Positions 29,906-39,541 of a stretch of DNA of 64,000 bases are shown one piece after another. The stretch comes from a virus: UHGV virus genome UHGV-0277313; one strand, 5' to 3'. A program made the position numbers and the translations under genes. Each line of letters opens with the position of its first letter. The stretch's first letter is position 1. The notes under the pieces are model-generated. The model did not search any database. It saw only the letters and a list, made by a program, of their open reading frames with translations, and was not told where the DNA came from.

Positions 29906-32281
29906 CTATTCTTCACGTTTACCATAAAAACCGTTGCCGACAAAATACTTGCTTTTGAAATCCATATTTGGGCAAGGATCTTCAAATTCAAGCTTCAGTG
30001 AAATAAGTTGTGTCGGGACTTCAATAGGTAACTCTTCACGTTCTTCTGGAGGGATAGGGTCACCTTCTTTCATCTCAAGTATTTTGTAGTCGTATGCTTC
30101 ATCAAGTTCACGTTTTAAATAATCCCAATTGCAGTTGCCTCCCTTGATATTTAAAATGAATTTACCATCCTTCTCTTCAAAAGATTTAATATCCATTTCA
30201 CGTCCCCATGATTGACCTAAACCAAAATCAATGAACATTTTGTTTCCGTTCATCCAATCATAAATAACATTTGGTACCGTACCTGCATGAAATTGACAAA
30301 TCTTAAAAACTGGAATTAATTCACCTGGGTATATGTCAAGATATGTTGAATCATGAACACCACCAATCATTACTGATTGTAAATCGTGCATCAACATCTC
30401 TTCTGCAATATGTGTACCTGCAATCCATGCCATACGGCTAGCGGATGAATTGTGTACAAAAACACCAGCTTCTAATGCGAAATTGTGTGTATTTTCATTG
30501 TTTTCAACTTCAATATCATATACTGAAATTTTGTTTGGTAGTTTAATTACTTCAACAGATGTAACTTTATGGTTGTTGAATAATTCTGCTACTAAACGTT
30601 CATAATTTTCTTTTGAAAAGTGCGGAACACTTGAAGCTCTAGCTCCTTCATTAATATAAGACAATCTGTATTCTTCAAAAATATTTTCGAAAGAAGAATC
30701 TAGTAATATATTTTTACCAAGTTTTTCAATAATTTTTAAAGAAAGTTTTTTGAACTTATAAAAAGTTGTATTCTTTCCACATTTTCTGATATTATTTTTC
30801 ATATGCTGTATCTTTTCTAGATCATTACCTTTCCAAATTTTATTTATTGTTTTTCTGGCAGATTCAGACAATTGTTCTTTAGACATACAGAATGCATTTC
30901 CATATGTTTCAATGCGTTTTTTTACCAAAGCTTTAACTGCTTCTCTTTGGTTAAAATCCCAATCTTTATAAAGTTCTTTTCTTTTTTTATTTTTTTCAGC
31001 CATTAATTTAGATTGTTTTTCAGAATGTTCTTGTGTTAAAAAATGTTTCCAAATATTGTTTTCACGTTTGCCTTCTCGTATTTCACGTACACGTTTTTGA
31101 GTGTCAATACTACGTTGTTTTGAAGTATATTTCAAACCCATTTGACGTAAATATTCGTGAACAGATACACCTGTCAGGTCAGCATGTCTTTTAATAGTAG
31201 ACATTACAAGAGATGAATGATATTTTATATGTTCTGCCTTATCCATAATAAGTAAATTATCAGGGTTGTTGTTTAATTTGTTGAAATCTTTGTGATGTAC
31301 TGCTTCATTTTTTTCAATAGTACGATCATAATATTTACTTACTATACGATGTACAGAGGCCCAAGGTTTTGTAGTTAAATCATTTCTTTTAACATATTTA
31401 TACCCTAACTTGTCATATTTTGTATAACAAGGCATTAAGCTTTCATTATTTTTTAAATCGATAGCATGTTTATATGTTCCATCCCTTAACATAAACTGGT
31501 GTTCAGGTGTGCATGTAATAATTTCGCCAGAATCTAATGTAACTTTACAAATTGTGTCAGTTTCTCCAGATTTAAAAGCGTTAATAATTTTGCCAGGTAT
31601 AATTTTACCATCATTACAACAAGATAAAACATACTTATTTTCAAAATTATTCACAAGGTTTTGAATTTCAACAACACTGCCATCTAATAAAGGTATTTTA
31701 GTATCACCAACAAAACATTGGATCCCACTATTCTGGCTTGCATTCATAGCATGATTCAACAACTTCCTGTTGCTTTTAGTGTCAGGCAACATTGCATCTG
31801 GTAACGGTCTAGTACAACCAAATACGTCAACAATATATCCATGCTCACGGGCGAACTTGTGTTGATATTCAACGTATGTTTTAATACCAGGGTATGCCCC
31901 CATCATTTTATCAATAGTTTCTTGAGCTTCTTCGACAGTGCATCCCCACTCTTTTGAAAAGTTGTAGGCTGATTTTCCATAGAGTAGACCAAACATTGTT
32001 GACTTCGCCTTTGAACGCAACCCAGAGTGGTGTTCTTTAATTTCTTTATCACTCATGTTTTTTAGTTCAGGAAAAATATTTCTGGCCGTATTACAATGCA
32101 GATCAGCACCTGACAGTAGTACATCTCGAAGTGTTGGATCACAACTAATAGCTGAAAAAATTCGAATTTCCAAAGTACTGTAGTCGTACGAAACTATTAT
32201 ACCACCACCGTTGTGTCTTGTCAAGCTTTTTATTTTCTTTTTTGCAAAATTTTTATTTTTTATTTCCATTTTTCTAGCCAA
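29906..32281 (-). CDS. family-A DNA polymerase, C-terminal half (motifs A, B, C) interrupted by an intein
   Basis: Motif A DYSTLEIRIF, motif B KSTMFGLLYG and motif C VHDS are present. An insertion from Cys189 to ...VHN is followed by SSAS. Confidence 0.8.
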   Translation of the reverse strand: MARKMEIKNKNFAKKKIKSLTRHNGGGIIVSYDYSTLEIRIFSAISCDPTLRDVLLSGADLHCNTARNIFPELKNMSDKEIKEHHSGLRSKAKSTMFGLLYGKSAYNFSKEWGCTVEEAQETIDKMMGAYPGIKTYVEYQHKFAREHGYIVDVFGCTRPLPDAMLPDTKSNRKLLNHAMNASQNSGIQCFVGDTKIPLLDGSVVEIQNLVNNFENKYVLSCCNDGKIIPGKIINAFKSGETDTICKVTLDSGEIITCTPEHQFMLRDGTYKHAIDLKNNESLMPCYTKYDKLGYKYVKRNDLTTKPWASVHRIVSKYYDRTIEKNEAVHHKDFNKLNNNPDNLLIMDKAEHIKYHSSLVMSTIKRHADLTGVSVHEYLRQMGLKYTSKQRSIDTQKRVREIREGKRENNIWKHFLTQEHSEKQSKLMAEKNKKRKELYKDWDFNQREAVKALVKKRIETYGNAFCMSKEQLSESARKTINKIWKGNDLEKIQHMKNNIRKCGKNTTFYKFKKLSLKIIEKLGKNILLDSSFENIFEEYRLSYINEGARASSVPHFSKENYERLVAELFNNHKVTSVEVIKLPNKISVYDIEVENNENTHNFALEAGVFVHNSSASRMAWIAGTHIAEEMLMHDLQSVMIGGVHDSTYLDIYPGELIPVFKICQFHAGTVPNVIYDWMNGNKMFIDFGLGQSWGREMDIKSFEEKDGKFILNIKGGNCNWDYLKRELDEAYDYKILEMKEGDPIPPEEREELPIEVPTQLISLKLEFEDPCPNMDFKSKYFVGNGFYGKREE
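30449..31717 (-). mobile_element. intein with HNH homing-endonuclease domain inside the PolA C-half
   Basis: The insertion starts CFVGDTKIPLLDGS and ends FVHN followed by S. It contains the HNH motif VHHKDFNKLNNNPDNLLIMDKAEHIKYH. Host motif B precedes the insertion and motif C follows it. Confidence 0.65.
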
Positions 32282-33387
32282 TCAGTAAAATCTTTCATGT
32301 TAAAGAATTCGAGATATTTTAAGTTGTTTTGTTTAGCTACTTCTCGTTTTTTGACATCCAAAACAGTCCAATTATGAATTGCTAAATTATAAAAATTTTT
32401 ACTTCTGCCTTTGAAATTGTTTTCATCAGCTGAAGCCTTCCATTTATTAACGAGTTTAATGTCTTCAATATTGTTTTTATCAAAAGGATGAGGTCCATGC
32501 GTCCACATTCCTTGATATTCAATAAATAAATCCAAAGAAGGAATATAAAAGTCACATTTATACGGATATCTGTCTTCCATATATTGATCTTTAACCTCGT
32601 TACCAAATTTTTCTTGTAATAGTTTTAATATTTCAACTTCTTCACTTGAGTAGTTAAAAGAGTTGTTTAACTTTTTAGTTGCATACTCTTTTTCACGAAT
32701 TTTTTTATTAAACTCGTCACCGCCGCCATTAGAAGGCCACAGTTGTTTAAACTGATCTGATTGTGAAAAGTATTCGACACCGTAACGTTCCTTCATGGTT
32801 TCTTTACGTTTGTTAATATCGCCGAATTTGTTGCCATATTTTTCGAGACGAGTTTCCTGACTTTTTTCTTGAAATTCTTTTACTTGCATAGCATTTTCGA
32901 CACCATAACGTTCTTTAATGGTTTCTTTAGCTTTTTTCTGATTTTCAGCATTAGAAAAAGGTGATTTTCCGTCCCATTTTTCAAGTGTCTTTTTATGAGT
33001 ATCTTTATTTTGAAGATTATATGCAACACCGTATTTTTTAATTGTAGATTGAACGCTACGTTTCAAGCGAAAATCTTTAGCGTGTTCAGCGCAGCAAGCA
33101 CTGTAAGTGACTTTAGCTTTATTAAACATGCCAATTTTACCGCAAGTACATGTTGCAGTTTCTACGATTTCTTCGACATTACCAATACTTTTCCACAAAA
33201 ACAATTCAAGATTGTTTGGAATATATTTAGTATGCAAGTTATCAAGAATTTGCTTGCATGCAGCTTTGTTTATAGAATTACCACGTTGTAATTCATCATG
33301 AAGTGTATGAAGATTAGGAAGGCATGTTTCCACACATTCTTTAAATTCTTCAACAGTCACATCTTGTCGTTTATTATAGTCAACCAT
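32260..33387 (-). CDS. homing-endonuclease-like protein with DUF559/Vsr-like PD-(D/E)XK domain and repeated N-terminal modules
   Basis: C-terminal CDFYIPSLDLFIEYQG, plus three or more approximately 35-aa repeats of the KERYGVEN..Q type. Confidence 0.55.
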   Translation of the reverse strand: MVDYNKRQDVTVEEFKECVETCLPNLHTLHDELQRGNSINKAACKQILDNLHTKYIPNNLELFLWKSIGNVEEIVETATCTCGKIGMFNKAKVTYSACCAEHAKDFRLKRSVQSTIKKYGVAYNLQNKDTHKKTLEKWDGKSPFSNAENQKKAKETIKERYGVENAMQVKEFQEKSQETRLEKYGNKFGDINKRKETMKERYGVEYFSQSDQFKQLWPSNGGGDEFNKKIREKEYATKKLNNSFNYSSEEVEILKLLQEKFGNEVKDQYMEDRYPYKCDFYIPSLDLFIEYQGMWTHGPHPFDKNNIEDIKLVNKWKASADENNFKGRSKNFYNLAIHNWTVLDVKKREVAKQNNLKYLEFFNMKDFTDWLEKWK

Positions 33388-33466
33388 TTCGCGAATAGCC
33401 TTTATCTGTTTCAGTACATGTATTTATACTATATTTCAAAACAAATGTCAACAGTTTATATAATGG

Positions 33467-34408
33467 TTATTTCTTTTTCCAAATCAAAAGGACTTCACCA
33501 TTTCTTGAAACATTACCTTTACGTTGAAAATGATTATTATTTGTATGGGAACCTATTTCTTGTTCTTTAATGAAATCGAAAACAGTATCATCCACCACGC
33601 TCATCATTTTTTCTTTAAATTTATTACTGATGATGAATGCGAAGATTTTGCAAGAATCTTTAGAAGTAGCTGTTTTTACAACATTACTCCACCAAATCAG
33701 AAAGTCTTTTTTGGAAAGGTGTTCAGCGCCTTTATCTGAATAGATTTCTTGATTAAAGTAAGGGGGACAAGTGAATACAGCTTCATAAGCTTGATCGGGA
33801 ATAAAATCTTCTGCATCATTGTTATTGAAGAAAACGCTATCAGAAATGTTATTATCAAGTGTTTTCATATCTTTATACATTTCTTTAACATTATTATATG
33901 TAGCTGTATTAATGTCATTGTATATGTATGTAATATCTGGAATTGAGATAGCTCCTAAACAACGGTGTCCCCACCCACCACAAGGGTCATATATAGATTT
34001 AACATTAAAATCTTTAATGAATTGTTTAATATAAAATGGTGAATGATAACTTTTGCCACGGTAGATTCCGGCTTTGCGAAACCCTTGAATAACTTCACCT
34101 TTAGTTAATTCACCAAAACCTTTATTGATATATTGTTTGCGATTTTGATATAGCCAATCACGCAAAGGCATTCCGTGATAGTTTTCATTTTTATTCCACA
34201 TATCAATTTCATGTTTAAACATTTCTTTTGATTGATATTTATTGACGATTTTATTTGTATTGTATAATGCAGAATATCCACGATCTTCTTTTTTAATATG
34301 TTTCCATTCTTGTAGAATTGATTTGTCAGAAACTTCGATATAAAGATCATCATAATAAGAAGCGGGGTAATTAGGTTGTGTTTTAGTTATCATTTTAGTT
34401 ATTTCCAC
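33467..34408 (-). CDS. DNA methyltransferase (N6-adenine or N4-cytosine, orphan)
   Basis: Motif I DPCGGWG followed by motif IV TCPPY. Confidence 0.7.
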   Translation of the reverse strand: MEITKMITKTQPNYPASYYDDLYIEVSDKSILQEWKHIKKEDRGYSALYNTNKIVNKYQSKEMFKHEIDMWNKNENYHGMPLRDWLYQNRKQYINKGFGELTKGEVIQGFRKAGIYRGKSYHSPFYIKQFIKDFNVKSIYDPCGGWGHRCLGAISIPDITYIYNDINTATYNNVKEMYKDMKTLDNNISDSVFFNNNDAEDFIPDQAYEAVFTCPPYFNQEIYSDKGAEHLSKKDFLIWWSNVVKTATSKDSCKIFAFIISNKFKEKMMSVVDDTVFDFIKEQEIGSHTNNNHFQRKGNVSRNGEVLLIWKKK

Positions 34409-34553
34409 AAATTAGTGAATCTTTAAAGATATGAATAAATTATCAGAAACTTTATTAGCTGTCAATTTAAAAATTAATTAAATTGCGAATTTGTTTAGAA
34501 CAAATAACTAAAGTTCTAAATTTATAATTTAACACAACATATGGTGTATTAAA

Positions 34554-34838
34554 ATGTCTGATGAAACTTTAAATTTTGACAATCTTCCAGATATGGAAAA
34601 CTTAATGCAAGAAGATGATGCCGATTCAAATGTTGCTGAAATTGAAAACAACGATTCAGCAAACAATGAAAATGAAGCAGATGACATTGAAAATGAAATG
34701 GAAGCTTCCGAAGATAATGATGAAGATTTTGAAGAATCCGTGATTACATTATTCAATAAAAGTCTTGCTGAAATGGTTGAAAAAGAAACTTTCGATAATA
34801 AAGCGTTGCATGAAGCTTTTGTAAAAGCTTTAGGTTAA
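34554..34838 (+). CDS. small highly acidic protein
   Basis: D/E/N-rich, 94 aa. Confidence 0.5.
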   Translation: MSDETLNFDNLPDMENLMQEDDADSNVAEIENNDSANNENEADDIENEMEASEDNDEDFEESVITLFNKSLAEMVEKETFDNKALHEAFVKALG

Positions 34839-34858
34839 TTCTATAATAGGTAAGAACA

Positions 34859-35311
34859 ATGGCGGATAATAAACCAGTTGCATATCGTTATGATGATAAA
34901 GGGTATTATATTGGTGAGATTACTTGTCAATTAGATCCTCTAGAATCAAAACTAGCAGGAAAGTCTATATATTTAGTTCCAGGTGAATCAACTTTAGTAA
35001 AACCTTTAAAAGGAAAAGAAGGTTTTAAAGTTAAATGGGACAGTGATTCGTATAAATGGTTTTACGAAGAAGTAATAGTAGAAAAGCCTGAAGAATATGT
35101 TCCGACTGAAGCTGAAAAACTTCAAATGGAAATTTCACAGAAGAAAGGTGAATTGTATAAATCCGATTATAAAGCAATTAAATACGCCGAAGGCTGGATT
35201 TCAGAAGAAGAGTACGCACCTGTAAAAGCTGAAAGACAAGCGATTAGAGACGAAATAAACGCTCTAGAAGCAAAGTTAGCTGAAATCAACGGGAATACAG
35301 CTCAATCTTAA
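34859..35311 (+). CDS. hypothetical protein
   Basis: ORF. Confidence 0.55.
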   Translation: MADNKPVAYRYDDKGYYIGEITCQLDPLESKLAGKSIYLVPGESTLVKPLKGKEGFKVKWDSDSYKWFYEEVIVEKPEEYVPTEAEKLQMEISQKKGELYKSDYKAIKYAEGWISEEEYAPVKAERQAIRDEINALEAKLAEINGNTAQS

Positions 35312-35330
35312 TTAAATTGTTGTGTTAATT

Positions 35331-35363
35331 AGAAAGGCCGCTTTAAGCGGCCTTTCTTTTTAT
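35331..35363. terminator. terminator between convergent genes
   Basis: aaaggccgc-tttaa-gcggccttt followed by ctttttat. Confidence 0.65.
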
Positions 35364-35365
35364 GT

Positions 35366-38005
35366 TTATGCAATGTTGAATGTTGGATAACGTGATTTGA
35401 CATAAGGATGAATTTTGTCATCTTTATCTGTATACACGTAGAACAACTGTTTATCAGCGATTTGCGAACCACAAACCAAAGGCATATCTTCTTCAGCAAT
35501 AGGTTGCATCATTTCACCATTTGGCATTCTGAAATTGTAAATATTGATTACAATTTTTTCAGGAGCGAACAGATTGTTTTCTTCAATTTTATCAAGTGGT
35601 GAAGTATAGTCTTGACAAATGATCATGCCAGCCCATTGTGGTGTTGTATCCCAATGGTCGCATGAACAATTTGTAAAGTTCACTGTCATTGAAGTGTTTG
35701 TTCTGTTTGACAAGCGCAATACGTTTGATACATGTTCAAAGTAGCAATTATTAAAGTTAACAATTGCACCAGCTTGAGTACCAAAAATTGAAACAGCATT
35801 GTTTGTAAAGTTACCACGGAAGTTGCAATTTTCAAACAAGATGTTTTTAGCTAATTTATCACCAGCCAAACCAATTTCAATACAGTTATATAAGGTTGCA
35901 TCAATATTCATATTTCTGAAAGTAATTGTTTCAGAATCGCTGACAGCAACAACTGTATTTCCGCTAGATTTCTTGAATTCACCAGTGATTGTTGTATCAA
36001 TCATACGAGTTTCTTCAGCAGCAGAAACTTTTACACGGGCGTCGTTTGTGACTGTAGCGCCTTTTAGATCAACTGATTTACCTGTTGCACTCAATGTTGC
36101 AGCAACGTTACCTGAAATAACATAGTCTTTTGTTGTATCAGACAATGTTGTAGGTTCAGTTGTTTCAATTGTAACAGGTTCAATTGATGTTTTCGACAAT
36201 TGAGAAACACGTTCTTCAAGAGCAGTTAAGCGTGTCAAAGCGGATTCAGCTGAACCAGACGCTGATACAGCAGTTTGTTTAACTGAATTCAATTCTGATT
36301 TATCAGCTTTCAGATTGATAGAACCGTTCAAACCTTCAACTTCTGTCGTTAATTCAGCTTTATCAGCTTTTGTATTAACGGTTTCAGTTAAGGCTTCAAC
36401 ATCAGCTTTAGCAGCTTTTGTTTCTAATGTTGAATTGATACCTGAAACAGAGGATGTCAATTCATCTTTATCAGCCTTCAGAGCCAAACCAGAAGTTAAT
36501 TCTTCTTTAGAAGCGAGGCCTGAAAGATCAATACTCGCAACTTTTTCATCAACTTCAGATTTTGAATAAACTTCAGATTTTGCAGCTTTCAGTTCGACTT
36601 TTCCTGACAGTGCTTCGACTTCGGTTTTATCGGCTTTTAAAGCTAAATCTTTATCTGTTGCAATAACGTCATTGTCATTGATGGTAGCCGCGTCTTTTGA
36701 ATTCAGGTTCAAGTGAACTTTAACTGAACCAAAATCAGCAACGTCCCATTTTGACAACATAGCTAGATTTGCACCGTCACCATTTGTCATGACACCAGAA
36801 AGAGCACCATGATTTTCCATCTGAATAAATTTGCGACCTTCATAATCACTGAAAGTAACAACTTTATCTTTATTGACATCAAGCTGATTCTCGTTGAGGG
36901 TTAAGTTTTCAGACGCTGCTAATTTGTCTTGCTTTTTAGCAACTTCATCCATCGCGGCTTTTTCAGCAGCTTTAGCACGTTCAGCTTCTAGTTGTAGATC
37001 TGAAGCAACAGCGCCAACTTTTTCATTGACTTCTGTCTTTTCAGCAAATGTTGACAGATCAATTGTTTCAGAAAGTTTATCCCATTCTGAACCATCCCAT
37101 GCATAATTGGCACCAGTTGATTTAACATTGTAAACATCGCCAATTTCAGCATCAGAAGGTAAGTCATTTGTTGTTTCCACTTGACCTTTATATTTCATAA
37201 AGGAACTTGTTTTAGCATCAATTTCCGCTTTTGTGTAAGCATCGGTGATACCATAACCTTCAAGTGTTGTTGCTTTATCAGCTTTTTTGTTTAGTGTTAC
37301 TGACAGTTCAGCTTTCACAGTTTCAGCAGATGATTCAATTTGAGAAGTTGTTGTATCTGAATTCCAATAATTATCAGCAAGATTCTTTTTATCAGCATTC
37401 AAATCAGATTCGATTTTAGATAAATTTGAACCTAAAGTGTTAACTGTTGTTTGGTCAGCCTTTAGATCTAATTTTTCAGAAATAGTTGTCATTTCTGATT
37501 TGTCAGCTTTTTCAGCTAAAGAAGAATCAAGCTTGCCATCTAAATCTGAAACTGAAAGTTTAACTTCAGCAATAGCAGAAGTATTTTCAGCAACTTTCCG
37601 TTCCAATTCAGCTGTTGAACCACCACTTCCAGATTGTTCAACCCAATTAACAAACCCACCTTCAACAACAGAAAGGACTTTCCCTTCCATTCCTTCAGAA
37701 GAAGGTAAGCATTTTCCGGTTGTTGTTAAATCAGTATTTTCAGCAACATACCGACCGTCTTCTTTATACAGTTTTGTGTATGTGTTTTTGACACGAGCAC
37801 CATTACGAGCTAAATGAACTGTAATAGCAACACTGCTATCAAGTTTAATTTCACCCATATCAGATTGATAGCCTTCACGCGAAACGATCCATTTAACAAT
37901 CGTTCCTTCAGGGACTTCAATTTGATTGCGAGCAACTTCATTTAACTTAACGCTTGCGTCAGAAACGTTATCCACGAATAATTTAAACTTGCAAGTTGTA
38001 GCCAT
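35366..38005 (-). CDS. tail fibre/tailspike-like protein with C-terminal right-handed beta-helix (pectate-lyase-like) domain
   Basis: Repeated NCxF/NFxN rungs (NCNFRGNF, NFNNCYFEH, NFTNCSCDHW) at the C-terminus. The central region has repeated LKADK coiled-coil units. Confidence 0.7.
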   Translation of the reverse strand: MATTCKFKLFVDNVSDASVKLNEVARNQIEVPEGTIVKWIVSREGYQSDMGEIKLDSSVAITVHLARNGARVKNTYTKLYKEDGRYVAENTDLTTTGKCLPSSEGMEGKVLSVVEGGFVNWVEQSGSGGSTAELERKVAENTSAIAEVKLSVSDLDGKLDSSLAEKADKSEMTTISEKLDLKADQTTVNTLGSNLSKIESDLNADKKNLADNYWNSDTTTSQIESSAETVKAELSVTLNKKADKATTLEGYGITDAYTKAEIDAKTSSFMKYKGQVETTNDLPSDAEIGDVYNVKSTGANYAWDGSEWDKLSETIDLSTFAEKTEVNEKVGAVASDLQLEAERAKAAEKAAMDEVAKKQDKLAASENLTLNENQLDVNKDKVVTFSDYEGRKFIQMENHGALSGVMTNGDGANLAMLSKWDVADFGSVKVHLNLNSKDAATINDNDVIATDKDLALKADKTEVEALSGKVELKAAKSEVYSKSEVDEKVASIDLSGLASKEELTSGLALKADKDELTSSVSGINSTLETKAAKADVEALTETVNTKADKAELTTEVEGLNGSINLKADKSELNSVKQTAVSASGSAESALTRLTALEERVSQLSKTSIEPVTIETTEPTTLSDTTKDYVISGNVAATLSATGKSVDLKGATVTNDARVKVSAAEETRMIDTTITGEFKKSSGNTVVAVSDSETITFRNMNIDATLYNCIEIGLAGDKLAKNILFENCNFRGNFTNNAVSIFGTQAGAIVNFNNCYFEHVSNVLRLSNRTNTSMTVNFTNCSCDHWDTTPQWAGMIICQDYTSPLDKIEENNLFAPEKIVINIYNFRMPNGEMMQPIAEEDMPLVCGSQIADKQLFYVYTDKDDKIHPYVKSRYPTFNIA

Positions 38006-38062
38006 AGGCTTTCTCCGTTAAGAATTTAGTTTCTTCAAATTCAAGAACGGTTTTTTAATTGT

Positions 38063-38467
38063 TCAATCTTGCTTTAGCTTCGTTTCGTCAACTGCACCAA
38101 ATTGAATATGAGTTATTGTACCGTCATCATCAGAATAATAAACGTTTTTAATTCCAACATGCCTAATGATTTTTTCACACATAGGGCAAGGTTTTGCACA
38201 ACCAACAACTTTATCTTTAGAGTAACGATACACTAGAATTGAACAACCTTTTAGTTTATTCCAATCAACTTTTAACAGGGCAGATTGTTCAGCATGCAAA
38301 GATTCAGGCCAATGACGATGTTTCATAGGAATGCTAGAGCTACGAATGTCATTATAACCACGAGAAAAAATTCGTTTTCCTTTAAAAATAATAGCTCCAA
38401 TACGAGGGTAGCAAGTAGATTTTTTAGCTTCTTCAATAGCTGCATTAACAATAGATTGATAGATCAT
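38063..38467 (-). CDS. dCMP deaminase (cytidine/deoxycytidylate deaminase family)
   Basis: Zinc-binding motifs HAEQSAL and PCPMC. Confidence 0.8.
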   Translation of the reverse strand: MIYQSIVNAAIEEAKKSTCYPRIGAIIFKGKRIFSRGYNDIRSSSIPMKHRHWPESLHAEQSALLKVDWNKLKGCSILVYRYSKDKVVGCAKPCPMCEKIIRHVGIKNVYYSDDDGTITHIQFGAVDETKLKQD

Positions 38468-38539
38468 TTAGTTCGTCTTTGTTCCTGTTAAACAATAAAT
38501 AATTTATATCACACACATAGGATATTGTCAACAGTAATT

Positions 38540-39040
38540 TTAAATTTTATCTAAAACGTCTTCATAGCTTTTAAAAACAATATCGCTTAGTGCATCTTTT
38601 GCGTTGTAGTATGTTTTGCAATAGTCATGCTCAAAGTCAATTGGTTCATTTATTTGATGTTTGCAAAAATCTTTTGTTTTGGGTTCGTATAGAAGAAAAG
38701 TTGTAGGAAGTCTAACAACTAACATTGGAGGATTTTGTTCAGTTGCACTTTTCCATGCAAAGAATTGTACTATAAATCCTTTGTATTGTTGTTTGATAAA
38801 AGAAGACATTTCATTAAATAAATCATAGTCTGTATCAAAATAAATTGTTGTACTATCAGTGTCTTCAGTAAAGCTTTTGATTGTTTCAAAATTAGCGAAA
38901 TTGTCTTCAAAATTTAGTTCGTTAGTTAAATTGTCTTTAGAAATAGTTAGACAGATAGCTTTACCGTTAATCGCATAGTAGCTAAACAGATAATAGACGT
39001 CATCAAATTTTGATTCATTGCAAACTTTAAAATATTCCAT
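38540..39040 (-). CDS. paralog family protein 1 of 7
   Basis: C-terminal ..YEDVLDKI and shared internal blocks. Confidence 0.55.
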   Translation of the reverse strand: MEYFKVCNESKFDDVYYLFSYYAINGKAICLTISKDNLTNELNFEDNFANFETIKSFTEDTDSTTIYFDTDYDLFNEMSSFIKQQYKGFIVQFFAWKSATEQNPPMLVVRLPTTFLLYEPKTKDFCKHQINEPIDFEHDYCKTYYNAKDALSDIVFKSYEDVLDKI

Positions 39041-39049
39041 AAAAATCCT

Positions 39050-39529
39050 TTAAATTTCATTAAGAACATCTTGATAGCTGAACATTTCAGGTGATTTCAA
39101 TGCATCAGAAACAGTATCATAGTATTCAATGATTTTAAAATTTTCTGTATTCTTTCCAGACCATAGCGGTTTGGCATCAAAATCATTTGCTAATCTATAT
39201 ACTTGAACAGCATCAATGTCAATTATAATTATTGAAGTATGCAACAAACCAATCACAGTGTGTCCGGTATTTTTATCAAGTAATGTGCAAATTACAGGTT
39301 CAATATTATTTTCCTCTAAAGTATCGTCTAAATGTGACAGCATTTCTTTCAAGGAATTGTTGTGAATAATTTTATATTCTTTATTTGGAATTTTAGAAGG
39401 AAATATATATAGACGATTGTCGTCTATATAAAGTGCTTGAACTGTTGTTGTATCTTCTGTTTTATTAAACACTTCTAAAACATAAATAATATTTTTTGAG
39501 AAGATAATATCAAATTGTTTTATTTGCAT
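39050..39529 (-). CDS. paralog family protein 2 of 7
   Basis: C-terminal ..YQDVLNEI. Confidence 0.55.
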   Translation of the reverse strand: MQIKQFDIIFSKNIIYVLEVFNKTEDTTTVQALYIDDNRLYIFPSKIPNKEYKIIHNNSLKEMLSHLDDTLEENNIEPVICTLLDKNTGHTVIGLLHTSIIIIDIDAVQVYRLANDFDAKPLWSGKNTENFKIIEYYDTVSDALKSPEMFSYQDVLNEI

Positions 39530-39541
39530 GTCCTGTTCCTT

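Noticed and set aside
13650-32281. A trans-splicing split intein joining the two polymerase halves
   Set aside because: The N-half tail that begins at a Cys lacks the intein block A/B (TxxH) motifs. The C-half leader does end in HN, but it is followed by Gly. No Cys, Ser or Thr nucleophile is available at the +1 position. Two separate polypeptides is the more likely arrangement.
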